Source: Octopus sinensis (taxonomy: Eukaryota). From it: a DNA stretch of 64,000 bases. The DNA is taken from assembly GCF_006345805.1 (NCBI RefSeq), contig NC_043003.1, positions 36,208,001 to 36,272,000 on the forward strand, written 5' to 3'. Position 1 is the stretch's first letter. Every line of letters starts with the position of its first letter. This document shows, in pieces, positions 39,718-53,238 of the stretch. Made by a program: the position numbers and the translations under genes. The notes beneath the pieces are model-generated. The model was given only the letters and a program-made list of their open reading frames with translations. It had not been told where the DNA came from and made no database searches.

Positions 39718-40425
39718 GAAAGGAAGAAGAAGAAGAAGAAGAAGAAGAAGAAGAAGAAGAAGAAGAAGAAGAAAAAGAAGAAAAAAGAGAAGTAAGCATC
39801 ATAGACTAAGAAGAAGAAGAAGAAGAAAAAAAAAGAAAAGAAGAAAAAGAAGAAGAAATAAGAACTGACTGGTCGAATGGCAACGTCAGCAATGGTTTGT
39901 AAGAAAGAAAGAAGAAGAAGAAGAATAAGAAGAGAAGAAGAAGAAAAAGAAGAAGGAGAAGAAAAAAAAGAATAATAAGAAGAATAAGAAGAAGAGAACC
40001 GACTGAGAAAGAAAAAAGAATATGATATGATGAAAAGAAAGAAGAAGAATAGAAGAAGAAGGAGAAGAAGAAGAAGAAGAAAAGAAAAGAAGAGGAGAAG
40101 AAGAAGAGGAAGAGAAGAATAAGAAGAAGTATAAGAAAAAGAAGAAGAAGAAGAAAAGAAGAAGATAAGAAGAAGAAGATAAGAAGAAGAAGAGAAGAAG
40201 AAGAAGAAGAAGAAGAAGAAGCGCCGACTGGTCGAATGGCAGCGTCAGCAAAACAATGGTTTGTAAAATTCATACACAGGACAATTATTCAGCCATTCGT
40301 CTCCTCTCTATAGCATCAATGAAATTATGAAAGTTCTGGGGTCGATGACATCAATTATATGCCCTTCCTTCAAAATTACCCTGTTGTTATATTGTTTCAT
40401 TAGCATTATCGCCATCATCATCATC

Positions 40426-40457
<32 letters not shown>

Positions 40458-40823
40458 CATCATCATTATCATTACAAAATATGCAATAAAAATACTAAAG
40501 GAAATTATCATTGATATCTGTCAATGATAAAACAATATTAATAACAGTGATAATGATAAAATTAAGAAAAATACGACTAAAGAACTATAATCTTATTCGT
40601 AATAACAAAAGTAATAATTATTATTATAAGAATAATTACAAATATTACAATAATTGTTATTATAGAGGAACATAAAGGATGGGATAATAGGAGTCGTAAT
40701 ACGAATTACTAGTATAATAATGATGATGACGATGATGGTGATGAGGATGATGATGAGGATGATGATGATGATGATAAGGAGAAGTAGAAGAAGAAGAAGT
40801 ATTAGTAGTAATATTAGTAGTGA

Positions 40824-40880
<57 letters not shown>

Positions 40881-41073
40881 AAGAAGAAGAAGAAGAATTG
40901 GAAGAAGTAGAAGAAAGAAGAAGAAGAAGAAGAAGAAGAAGAAGAAGAGAAGAAGAAGAAGAAGAAGAAGAAGAAGAAGAAGAAGAAGAAGAAGAAGAAG
41001 AAGAAGAACGTGACGAAAACGAGGAGGGCAGAGGAAGAAGTAAGGACAAATGGAAAAAACGGAGATGTGGCGG

Positions 41074-41108
<35 letters not shown>

Positions 41109-41150
41109 GGGAGGAGGAGGAGGAAGAGGAGGAGGCGGAGGAGGAGGAAA
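39718..41150. repeat. Very large trinucleotide low-complexity block: (GAA)n, (CAT)n, (GAT)n, (TAG)n
   Basis: Direct reading; source of the poly-E/R/S/F ORFs. Confidence 0.97.
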
Positions 41151-41555
41151 ATGACAGATTTACAAGCAAACAGAGAAAAACTGCGAAATGATTAATAAAG
41201 AAATGTAGGATGTAAAAAATAAAGCAAAATTTAGAAAAGACAAATAAGGAGTGGACTGCAATTAAGACAAACTACAAAAGGGTGTGAGAAATATTATCGA
41301 ATTATATTCGAACATGCGTCTAGTTACAAGTATGTTAAGAAATTGACACCTTTTAATAATAGTGTTCATGATTCCATTGGCTTGGATTTTTAAAAATTAG
41401 TTCAATCCATGCATTTATGTGCGTGTATGCGTGCGTGTGCGTGTGAGCTTGTGCGTGTTTGTTTGTATGTGTGTATGTGTGTATGAATGCCTCTACATGT
41501 AAGTATGTATGTATACAAATGTCTGTACCTATCTACCCCTATTTACCTCTTTCTC

Positions 41556-41595
<40 letters not shown>

Positions 41596-41624
41596 CACAC
41601 ACGCACACACACGCACATGCATAA

Positions 41625-41663
<39 letters not shown>

Positions 41664-41787
41664 AGTGCGTGTGCGTTGAAGTTTGCATGTATATATTTAT
41701 CTATATACATATATACATGTGTATATGCAATTAAATAACGGTATACGGTAACTAGATAAAAAAAGTCAATATGAAACGTTAATGTTT

Positions 41788-41841
<54 letters not shown>

Positions 41842-41858
41842 CAGACAGACATATAGAC

Positions 41859-41937
<79 letters not shown>

Positions 41938-41950
41938 CATATAGATAGGT
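41788..41950. repeat. (GATA)n array
   Basis: Direct reading. Confidence 0.96.
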
Positions 41951-42318
41951 AGATACACCCACGGATAAATGTATGTGTTTATGTATGTATGCTTGTATAT
42001 ATATATATATAATAATGCAATCACATGGAAATATCTTTCATAAAATATACAGCAATACGTATAAATCCGTGTATAAACAAGTGATCCTTTAACAGAATCA
42101 CTAAGATGAGTTGAAAATATCTCAGCAAACTCAGATATATATATATATAAATATATATGTATTGCTCTCTGGGAGATTTTCTTATGGTAGTGAAATAGTA
42201 GTTTTTAACTGCTATTTCTAAAGTTCGGCATGTGGTGAAGCAACTTTTTGCTGAACCCTAATTATAAATATACTCATAATTACAGAATTTATCATAATAT
42301 AATAACATATATATATAT

Positions 42319-42351
<33 letters not shown>

Positions 42352-42356
42352 GATAT

Positions 42357-42393
<37 letters not shown>

Positions 42394-42394
42394 C

Positions 42395-43646
42395 AATAAA
42401 ATGAACTATGCGTATATAAACTATTGTACGTACCTACCTCTACTTGTACATATACACGCATATATGTGTACAGGACACCAAAAAGACGTCGAAACATAGA
42501 GAGACGAAAAACATAGACACAAACCAAGGAATAGGACAAGCAAAAAAAAGGGATACAAGACAATTAGCACAACGAAAAATCCCCTTCTTCAGTCGCTAAG
42601 GTTTCATCTACTCTACGTTTCGAAGGATAAAAGCGAGACGTATCTTCGAAGAAATTTCCTTCCTGCGAAAAGCAAATCAATTAAAATTCTGAGATCTTTT
42701 CGCAGAGGGGTAAAAAATGGTAAAAAAAATGGTAAAAAAAGCAAGCAAGACGGTAACGACAGTACAAACATATAAACAGTAAAAGAATGTATATAAACAG
42801 TGGAAAAATAAATATATAACAGTGAGAGACAGGACAAGGAGAACAAGATAAGAAGGGCTGTTTACGCCAGACGAAAAAAGTATTGCAAACGCTGGATTAT
42901 AGTGGACGACGAGAGAGCAGGAATGTCGACCAGTGGCCTTAGAAGGCGGGCGAGAAAAGACAGGATAGCAGTTACGACGGAAGTATCGTCGCAGATGGAC
43001 GACGGGAATGGGGGAGGAGGAGCAAGAGGAAGAGAGAGAAGAAGGGGAATGGTGCGAGAAGACCATGAAGAATTGTGAGGGGGAGAGAGAGAATGAAGAA
43101 TGAGAGAGAGAGGAAGTGACAAGTTAAGTGAGGGAAAAAAGACGAAAAAGGGAATGGGATAGAAAGAAAGAAAGATAGAAAGATGCAGAGTCGCGTGAGA
43201 GTTAATATCAAGGCTAACTTGATAAACAGAACAATCTTACTTAATAGGGTGCGTGCGTTTAGTCGTATAATATGTTAATAAAATAGAACATATGCGTATA
43301 TATAAACATATATGTACGTACCTACCTCTACATGTACATATACACGCATATATGTGTACAGGACACCAAAAAGACGTCGAACACATAGAGAGACGAAAAA
43401 CATAGACACAAACCAAGGAACAGGACAAGCAAAAAAAAGGGATACAAGACAATTAGCACAACGAAAAATCCCCTTCTTCAGTCGCTAAGGTTTCATCTAC
43501 TCTACGTTTCGAAGGATAAAAGCGAGACGTATCTTCGAAGAAATTTCCTTCCTGCGAAAAGCAAATCAATTAAAATTCTGAGATCTTTTCGCAGAGGGGT
43601 AAAAAATGGTAAAAAAAATGGTAAAAAACAAGCAAGACGGTAACGA
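42395..43646 (-). mobile_element. Non-coding element bounded by ~365-bp near-identical direct repeats (Penelope pLTR/retrozyme-like or TRIM-like)
   Basis: 42395-42759 and 43277-43646 differ by only a few substitutions and indels; the ~520-bp interior is pyrimidine-rich on the minus strand; each repeat carries GAAAC and CTGAAGA on the minus strand. Confidence 0.75.
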
Positions 43647-43712
43647 AAACAAAAGACGAAGACTGGTGTAGTGACAATAAGTTGATGTATTATCCCTCGT
43701 GAAGAAGAGAAA

Positions 43713-43752
43713 AGTCATCTACGTTTAAAACCTACGCTCTTTGACAGAAAAG
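43713..43752 (-). mobile_element. Decayed second copy of the 7661-7703 hammerhead-like family
   Basis: rc = cttttctgtcaaagagcgtaggttttaaacgtagatgact vs ctttctgttgaagagcgtaggctcgaaacgttaaagact. Confidence 0.6.
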
Positions 43753-44089
43753 ATTACGAGGCTAGAAGGATATATATGTGCAAAGCCAAGACTGTGTGAC
43801 CGTGTGTATGTCTGCTAAATAAAACTTGAGAATTATCCAACTGATTTCATTCATATTTTATACATGTCTTACGTAGGGTCCAAGCAGTGTCATGGGTCAA
43901 CAAATTTCAACTTCTTTCTTATCTCTTACACTACTTGTTTTACACTACATCGATATTACGCGTCAAAGGTGAAACATTAACATCTCTATTGTAATGTGAG
44001 ATAATACTTTCAGATTTAATACCTTCACTATTAATCCTGAAACTGCCAGAAGGGAAACTATTATCTCAAATATATACATGCATACTCAC

Positions 44090-44267
44090 ACACACACACA
44101 TACGTCGATATATATGTATATATGTATATATATATAATATATATATATATATAATATATATATATACATATATATATGTACGTATATATACATATGCATC
44201 TATATATATGTGTATATAATCTGTACATGCATATGTATATATATATACATATATGTATATGTATATA

Positions 44268-44320
<53 letters not shown>

Positions 44321-44372
44321 TATATATAATATATATATAATATATATTAATCTATCTATCTATATATATATA

Positions 44373-44428
<56 letters not shown>

Positions 44429-44490
44429 TATATGTATATATACTTATAAATCTCTCTATATATATATATGTATGTATGTATATGTATATG
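44090..44490. repeat. (TA)n-rich compound microsatellite
   Basis: Direct reading. Confidence 0.95.
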
Positions 44491-45295
44491 CACTGAAGAA
44501 CAATATTTTATTCTCTTCTATAAACATTAATTTTTAAACAAATTCACACAGAGAATTTTTAAATGCATCCATTTGATAAATCACACGTTCAGTAATTTCA
44601 AATATTATCCACCAGTAACATAGTAATATTTAATGCAAACTTCTTTGCCATAGATCTGTCTTACTCCTCTTAACCTTTACTCCCCCTTATTAATTTTTCT
44701 TTGTTTATCAGTGTGCACAATTATATATGTGCTTATACGTGTGAGTATGGGTTTATAGTAGCCTGTCAATGTTTTAGGAGGTGTGTCCCTGTATAGGTGA
44801 ATGAACTTCTGTTTATACTTATAAGTCGTGATCTTTAAAGTCCTGTAAAACATTCCTAAGTATCTGTATGCGTCTCGCTATATGCTTATTAGAGTGATAG
44901 TGAGGTTACACATCTGTGATTTAGCATTTTTTATAAATTCTTTGAAGCAATTTCTTCCCTTTACCTTGAAATAATTTATCCAGAGTTTCTTTTATTTCCT
45001 TTTCTTTTTCTTCTGGTTTTCCTTCCTTTCTTTTCCCCTCCCTATCTTTCTATAATTGAGTTCCTTCTCTCACAAAATCTAGTTTTTTCCGACAACGTCA
45101 TTTTAAATTCCAAGCGTCCATTGTTCGTATGTAAATATTTTGTGAATGAACGTAATCTTGATGTACTTAAATAAGTGTGTGTATGTGTATAAAATTATGT
45201 GTTGGGGTCTGTTGATGTTTTGGGATGCGTATGCTCTTCTGTATATCAATGATAGAATGTATATGAGTACTATTATGTGGACGTTAGTGTATATT

Positions 45296-45488
45296 TTAGT
45301 ATAGGTTTGATTGTAAGTCGTTACCGCATGAATATGTATGAGTATATGTGAGATGTATATGCATATGTGTGCAAGTATATCTCAGAATATGAGTGCATGT
45401 ATGCATGCGTATATATATATATATGCATATATATATATATTTATATATTAATATGTTTGTATTTTGTTGAGTGTGTATGTACGTGTTT

Positions 45489-45543
<55 letters not shown>

Positions 45544-45585
45544 ATAAACACGTACATACACACTCAACAAAATACAAACATATTA

Positions 45586-45619
<34 letters not shown>

Positions 45620-45728
45620 GCATGCATACATGCACTCATATTCTGAGATATACTTGCACACATATGCATATACATCTCACATATACTCATACATATTCAT
45701 GCGGTAACGACTTACAATCAAACCTATA

Positions 45729-45732
<4 letters not shown>
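45296..45732. repeat. ~440-bp palindrome centred on a (TA)n run
   Basis: 45296-~45495 is the reverse complement of ~45540-45732; the non-TA sequence is identical between arms. Confidence 0.95.
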
Positions 45733-45786
<54 letters not shown>

Positions 45787-46093
45787 CATACATATATACA
45801 TGCATACATGGATGCATACCTACAAACATATATATTGTATGTGTTTATGGGCATGTGAATGTGGATGTGGATGTGGGGTGTGGTTGTTTAGCAGTGAATT
45901 TGCGAATGTGTCTGTATGTGTGAGCATTACTCTCGCGAAAACATCGTTTGTCGCCCAGTTACACCATCAGCTGACTTGCTCATTGGTTTATCTCGCGAAA
46001 TTGTGGAGTAAACTCTGTTTATTAACCATTTGGATAATTGTGAAGTAAGAGAATCCTGTCATTGTCTGACCATAATGATCATTTCAATTTCAG

Positions 46094-46139
46094 GTCCATT
46101 TGAACCTATGGCTTCTGGCTACATAATACTATTGATAAG
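46094..46139 (+). CDS. Candidate small exon A of an unidentified gene
   Basis: atttcaatttcag|...46 nt...AG|gtaatt; only one frame is open (GPFEP-MASGYIILLI); ATG at 46108. Confidence 0.35.
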
Positions 46140-46657
46140 GTAATTTTCGACATTCGATTATACGAAAGGTATTTTCACAAGTAACTACAGAAGAGAATCG
46201 GATATGGACCACATATCTGGCATACGAAATTCTTCAACATTTACTCACAGTCATGCTTGTGTGAATTTACATATGCACACTTGCACACACATATGTATTT
46301 ATATACGTGCAAGCTTATAATTATGCATATATATAGATGAGTATGCCGTTGAAACTGTTTTAATTCTAATGAAAAGCCAATGATAGAAATTGAATTTCAT
46401 CCATTAGTGGCATATTAAAAAATATATATACAGAAATAATGCATATAGTCATACTTCTCCATGTGCATATATATAATTCCATACACACATAGAAATAACA
46501 GAATTCGCGTTCGAACACAACTTTGCAAATGAACATATTACTGGTGACTATTTAGATAATATTAACAAATTATACGCCCGGAAGCAATGAAGCATATACT
46601 TGGGCTTGCTCATTTTGAGAGCTGTAATGTAAAAAAATTAAACTACAAATGTGGATA

Positions 46658-46835
46658 CCTATTTCTTTATTACCCACAAGTGGCTAAACATAGAGGGGAC
46701 AAACATAGGTATTAAGTCGATTACATCGACCCCAGTGCGTAACTGGTGCTTAATTTATCGACCCCGAAAGGATGAAAGGCAAAGTCGACCTCGGCGGAAT
46801 TTGAACTCGCAACGTTACGGCAGCCGAAATATGGA
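46658..46835 (-). mobile_element. OR-type Octopus SINE, head truncated
   Basis: gtcgattacatcgaccccagtgcgtaactggtgcttaatttatcgaccccgaaaggatgaaaggcaaagtcgacctcggcggaatttgaactc. Confidence 0.92.
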
Positions 46836-49007
46836 TACCACCGTCTCATCCGCAGAAATCCTACCTATCAACTTCCCTATAGTAAAATAGAAACTGTATT
46901 AGATGATATATAAATTCACAGAATATTGGCTCTATCGTGTAATATGTCGTTGAAAATTTTGTTGTCTTTTACTGCCATGGTACTTTTGCGTTCAACATAA
47001 AATATTCATTACAAGCAATGAAGTGGATTTTGTATGGAGTTATCCCCTAGGATTCTCATTTTCAACATTTGTCATGGCTTCTATAAAGAAACAAAGCAAT
47101 GCCAAGACATATATATACAAGCGTCAACAATTATATGGATATCATTTCCGAAATGAAAACTCTAGCATAATTATTCAAAGTAAATGTTATTTAAAAAGGC
47201 TCATATTGTAATTCATTATCTAAGTTTATATAAACTTTTAGGGATTTCGGTATTAAATGAAATGAATTAAAAATATTTTTTTTTCCTTTGCATTCATGCA
47301 TTTCTTACGATATTATAATTTCTGACGTAAAAAATTAACTCATAATATGCAAAAATCATTAAGTAAGACATTTCATCGAAACGATAGAGTATATATGGAC
47401 ATTTCAAGAGCTTTCTTTCTTCCATTAAAATTGTTAAAGAAAAGGAGACAGTGTGTCTTATTGCATGGTTGAAAATGAATAATAATTACAATGATACAAA
47501 AGTCAATTTCAAAAAGGTCTTCATTTATTTACAGTTGATTAAATGGAAACATATACCAAGAAATAAAAATAACAGAAATTAGTTACTTTTAAATTCACTC
47601 CACTAAAATCCACGAATACCAAATAATTATTCTGCTTAAATTTCCTTTACATTTTCTCTTGAATAAATAATTTGCATTCGGGATTTAAGTTACTGTGATC
47701 ATCAATATTAAGCTGATCTCTTTCATTTTCTGGAACATTTATTACAAAAAGGTTTTGATTATATAAGAACATTTAGCTACAAATGTAAACCCATCAGTAA
47801 TTGTCCTGTGATTTCAATATTTTGTTCCAGTGTTTATATCCCTGATAAAACATGAAGCAGCTCTATTGGAGCAATGTTTTTGTTTCCATGCATTCGCTGA
47901 TTAAAATCAAATATTTAACACTTTTACTAAGATATTCTCAATATCTGCATTTTCCATAGTGACAAAAATGGTGAACGAATCCAGTTAATAGAATGCATAT
48001 TCGCAGGCGCTCAAAACAAATATCAAATTCTCGTGCTATGCTTTCGATTTGAGATAGAAGAGCAGCTTAGATGTTACGTAAAATAATTTGGTCTGCTTCT
48101 TGCAGTGGATACACGTTTGAGAAATACTGATAATATCTGCAAATTTAAAAGGATTTATATGAACTTTACTTCCCTGAAATCCCACAATAATTACTCGAGA
48201 TTCAATTATATTGTGTTTCTCTTATAAACGCTTTTGCACTCCCTTAAGTGCAGTGATATAATTCAGCTTAACAAACCAGAGAATTTTCTCATATCTACTA
48301 TTCATTACATATTTATGGAGCCAAATGCCTAATAAACTCCTTAAGAGAACCAAATCTTTGTAAACTGACTCTTTTGTAGAAACATATGTTTGCATAGTAA
48401 AGTAGATATTTGTAACATCCTTCATTTGGGTTCAAATTTTTACATAGTAGAACAAAAGATCTGGACGTGCTTGGGATGTTTATTTTTCAATTAATAGTTA
48501 TTCATATTTTCAAATCATCTTAAAGTCCTTCAGTGTAATATTTTATGCAATATGATTTGGTTGCTTCGCTACAACACTCTACAGAGTATACATTAAGAAC
48601 TGCTTTCTGTAGAGCCGCTGAAATTCCTTGACATTTAACAGGGCATATGTGTTAACATTAACTGAAATTCAAAGCTACATACTTGTCAAAGATTGTGTAA
48701 AAAAATGATTCGTCTAGGCATTTGGTGTATACACGGCACTGAAAAGGCATAAATGAGATGAAATGCATTTAGTTTCTCCTTAACTGCTATCGAACGATTT
48801 ATTATTTTCTCTTTGGTATATATTGCATTTGAAAATGCAAAAGATCCATAAGAGATTTTACTTGTCTGTCAGCATACACACTTATTCCAAGCTCTTACAC
48901 ACACACACACACACACACATACACATACAAACACACGTAAATTCACACACGCAAATACATATTTATATATATATATATATGCATATATATATACACATAT
49001 ATATATA

Positions 49008-49056
<49 letters not shown>

Positions 49057-49254
49057 ATATATGTATATAGATATGTATATATATATGTATACATACATAT
49101 ATACATACATATATACGTACGTACATTCAGTCCGCTTGCGTTTCTGAGCTGACATTGTGTGCTACTTTCTGAACTTTTCCACAAGATTACAAATACGAAA
49201 TGTACAAAATGTAGGAGTACAAAATTTCGAAAAGTTGCGTGCGCTTCAGTTTAC

Positions 49255-49390
49255 AAGTGGCATAGTAGCGAGAGTTGAGGGTGGCATAGTAAAAATTTTT
49301 TGTTTATTATTTGGCCGGGACCGCGCAAAACTGGCATAGTAGCGAGATTGGTATAGTAGCGAGGTGGCATAGTAGCGAGAGTTGACTGTA
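49255..49390. mobile_element. Solo terminus of a probable Tc1/pogo-type MITE with subterminal repeats
   Basis: tggcatagtagcgag occurs 5 times, some imperfect (49258, 49282, 49332, 49349, 49365); it ends gagagttgactg-TA (rc TA-cagtcaactctcgc). Confidence 0.55.
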
Positions 49391-49712
49391 TCATAAATGC
49401 TTTTACGTACGCACAAAACTAATATTTAATGAATGAATGAAAAGGGTACTGGTGTCAAGTAATAGGCATCGTTTTTTTTAAAGTTCATTGCTCTTTTGTT
49501 TCAAGAAGCACTGCACTCAGAAGGGATGATTGTGAAACATCGTATAACTTCCTCGCAGTCATTTGTTTGTACAGCTGTTTTCTTCCCGGGAGCTTTTATC
49601 GCCGTTCAGATTTTACAGATTTATTTGTTAAAACTAATTTGTAGTCACAACAACTAAACAATTTGATACTTAACTTGTTATAGATTTCATCTTTACATTA
49701 CCCTCATGATGA

Positions 49713-49735
49713 CTGATGAAATATTGACGAAACGT
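49713..49735 (+). other. Decayed hammerhead-like core (ctgatga-aatattgac-gaaacgt)
   Basis: Both conserved core boxes and ACGT are present, but stems I/II do not form and the cleavage-site base is G; it lies ~400 bp upstream of the Penelope ORF remnant. Confidence 0.4.
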
Positions 49736-50123
49736 GGCAATGAAAATCCTCATGCAATGAATTTCTGTACAGCTTTGACAAAATAAACAAAAGTAGTCGT
49801 CAATTTACAATTATGTTTTGTGAAAAGAAAAATCAATGCAAAGCAAAGCTAAATACAAATTCTAGAGGAGTGATAAGGACGGAAATTATCCATTCGCATG
49901 ATGTTTACTAGCAAGAAGTAACAGATTTTAATACAAATATAAAACAAAACAACAAGGAATCCTGTGTTTCCAATGTAGATCTAAACTAGTCTAGGTGGTA
50001 TTCTTGATGACTGCTTATATATTTAAGAGAGATAATTCAGTGGAAGAGTTATTTAGAGAACAGTACTCCCTCTGTCTACCCGATCTACAGCAATCAGCTT
50101 CACTAGGAGGGTACAATATATAT

Positions 50124-50630
50124 GAAATTCTAAACATACATAAAATCATTAAAAGCTACAAACAACCTAAATCACTAAAAAGATCCTCACTAAGGCAAAT
50201 TTGTTTTCTGAAATAACGGATGCAAAAGTAAAAAATTTGGTAGACCAAAGTGCACAACATGCCCACACCTCTTAGAAGGATCAGAATTCCTCTTCAAAGA
50301 GGGACAAAAATTCAAGATCAAATGTAATTTTAGTTGTGCTTCAGAAAACCTAATTTATGTCATAAGATACTCGGGCTGCCACCAAAAACCTACATGGGTC
50401 CACGGGATTATCGCTCAGACACAGATGCACTCTGCATCAACAACAGATTGCAGTCCCAGAATACACAATGATACCCTTTAGTGAACATATTGAGAAATGC
50501 GCAAAGCAACTACTACCAGAATTTATAATTTTTCCATTCTATCAATTTGCTATTGGAACATCAACACACATTAGATTAAACAAGGAAACGTTCTTCATTG
50601 AAAAAATATAAACCAAAACTTAACCTTTCT
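50124..50630 (+). mobile_element. Penelope-like element, GIY-YIG endonuclease region, pseudogenised
   Basis: With ~4 frameshifts: IIKSYKQPKSLK.ILTKA...GRPKCTTCPHL...F.IKCNFSCASENLIYVIRYSGCHQK-YMG.TGLSLRHR...H...RLNKETFFIEK.KPKLN (LIY...YMG motif pair). Confidence 0.9.
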
Positions 50631-50935
50631 GACATTTTTATACAAGGAAATTCATCTCATTGAAAAAAATATAAAGCGATTTTACCGGAAGAAAACCCTG
50701 ATTACCTGCACCTGCCTGGAAATCTTCACGAAGACATGACACAATGTAGGTAAAGAATTTTAAGAAATTTGTAAAGAAAATACGAAACCGGTTATTTCAC
50801 CAAAAACTATTTCGCCACAAACTTTTCTAACATTTTTCTAACATAACGACTTAAATATATTCTTTAACCTTATAACACAAGCCTTCTGTAGTTTTTTTCA
50901 CTCTTTTTATTTAATTTTATTTTTTTTATTTATAT

Positions 50936-50968
<33 letters not shown>

Positions 50969-51929
50969 GTGTATGTATGTATGTATGTGTGTGTGTATGC
51001 ATGTATGCATTAGCTGTTTAAAACTAGTGTTATAGATACTTCGTTCAAAACCCCTATTCTTCTTTGTCACATATTCACTTGTGTAGATCGAACTTTATAA
51101 AATACAAGAGAAAGAAATCTAGTTGTTTCTTATAATAAATTCATCGAAAGGGTCATCTTTCATTGGCCCTGAATAAATTACTGCGAATCCCCAATTTACT
51201 ATTTTACGTGCGTGGACTTCAAAATATTACATGAACCCCACCGATCACATGAATTCAGGTTTAGAACCACCACCATGGTGTATACTCTTTTGCGTCCAAA
51301 CAACACTCCAAATAAATATGAATATTTGTTTTGCTGAAGGAATACAAACCCGTTTTGTGATCTACAGGTCAATAGCTTGCGAATTTGAAAAGACTGCAGA
51401 AATTGCTATGAAATTGCAGCACATTAGCTGCAAAAACATGTAACAAGATTAGTTTTCATTTGTCTTCACATCCTTGATACACGTAGTGCATTGTAACCAA
51501 AAGTGTCTGTTGCACTTGATGAATATATTATAGTAACCAAGCTGCCATAAGAATGTCAGACTTTACTTAATTGGTCTGCAGATAAATATGATATCATGAA
51601 AACAGACGAAGAAGGAAAAGAGAAGACTTCCATTTCCTCTTGAAATATGGAATGTCTGCTAATGAAACTTAAACAGGGAAGACGTACACATAACCATCAA
51701 GAAGCAACCAGTCATTGATTGCAATATGATCTTGGTATGCAATTACCCGCGATACAGAAGATCCAGGGAGAGTGAGATGTAATATGAACGTTAGTGAGTT
51801 GGATTTGAACCAGACCAAAAGCTCTAAAAAGTGTAGAGATGCAGAGAAAATTGTATATATAACTCTAAATAATTTCTCTTCTCTCCCTCTCTATCAATTT
51901 ATCTGTCTACCCATATACCTACCTAGCTA

Positions 51930-51935
51930 ACCATC

Positions 51936-51966
<31 letters not shown>

Positions 51967-51973
51967 CTATATT

Positions 51974-52064
<91 letters not shown>

Positions 52065-52080
52065 GTCTGTCTATCTGTCT
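51930..52080. repeat. (TATC)n array
   Basis: Direct reading. Confidence 0.96.
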
Positions 52081-52618
52081 GTCGATTTGTTTATGTGGTC
52101 TTATTTTGTCCCACCCTATGACTCTGAAGAGTGGAAATATGTGTCACAAACCCCGTCTATTAAAACATTGTAATGTTCCTCTCTCTTTTTCTCTCTCTCT
52201 CTCATTCCATCTCCCTCCTTCTCTCTCGCTATCCCTCTTTCGACCTGTGTGTGTGGTGTGAGCATATTTCTTTGGATATGTGTGAAGGATAGGGAAGAGA
52301 TTATGTCAATCCTATTCAATTAATATATTGTATTCCCTCCCTCCTTTCTCTCCCTCAAAATATACCACATGCACGCGCATGTTTCTGCTTTTTTTTTCAA
52401 TTGCCCAAAATGCTCTCATTCGATGACAATATTCTTTGGCATTGGAGGTAAAGCAGTTTCGATGCTCTGTTAGCTGTGCCAAATCGTTTCATTCAGCCCC
52501 CAATCGTACCTACACATATATACAGAGAGGCACACACACACAAACACACACACATGCACACATATATATACATATATATGTATATATACATACGTATATA
52601 TATATATATATATATATC

Positions 52619-52654
<36 letters not shown>

Positions 52655-53150
52655 GTGTGTGTGTGTGTGTGTGTTTGTGATTGAGTGAGTATACATATAC
52701 ATACACACATACACACAAACACACAAACACAGATACGCACAGTCGTATATACACAATATACACAGAGAATTTAGTGTGTTCTTGATGCCAGTATTATAAA
52801 ATTGCGCAACAGACGGGGCATTTGAATTTTGAAGCAGAACATATATTATGCAAAGAAAAGAAAATGAGTGTTTAGCAGATGTTCAACATTAAAGATAATT
52901 GAAGAAAACAATTTTATCGCATTAATGAAAAATCTTCTGTTACTATACTAGGAATTTAATTTTACATTTATAGCTATAATTAGTTATATAACTAATGATT
53001 CGGCTATAATCCTAAGAAGTTAGACTGCATCAAACGAAAAAGGATACTGCTAATTAGGAAATTACAATTACAAGATGTTAATTGAGTTATGAAAATACCT
53101 AAAGCATTCAGAAGATAGGCTTGCAGTTTTTACATATACAGGGGTGTGTG

Positions 53151-53238
<88 letters not shown>

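Noticed and set aside
49258-49390. CRISPR-like repeat array
   Set aside because: Repeats are 15 bp with irregular 1-35 bp gaps, sit in eukaryotic DNA with no cas genes, and end in a TIR-like sequence.
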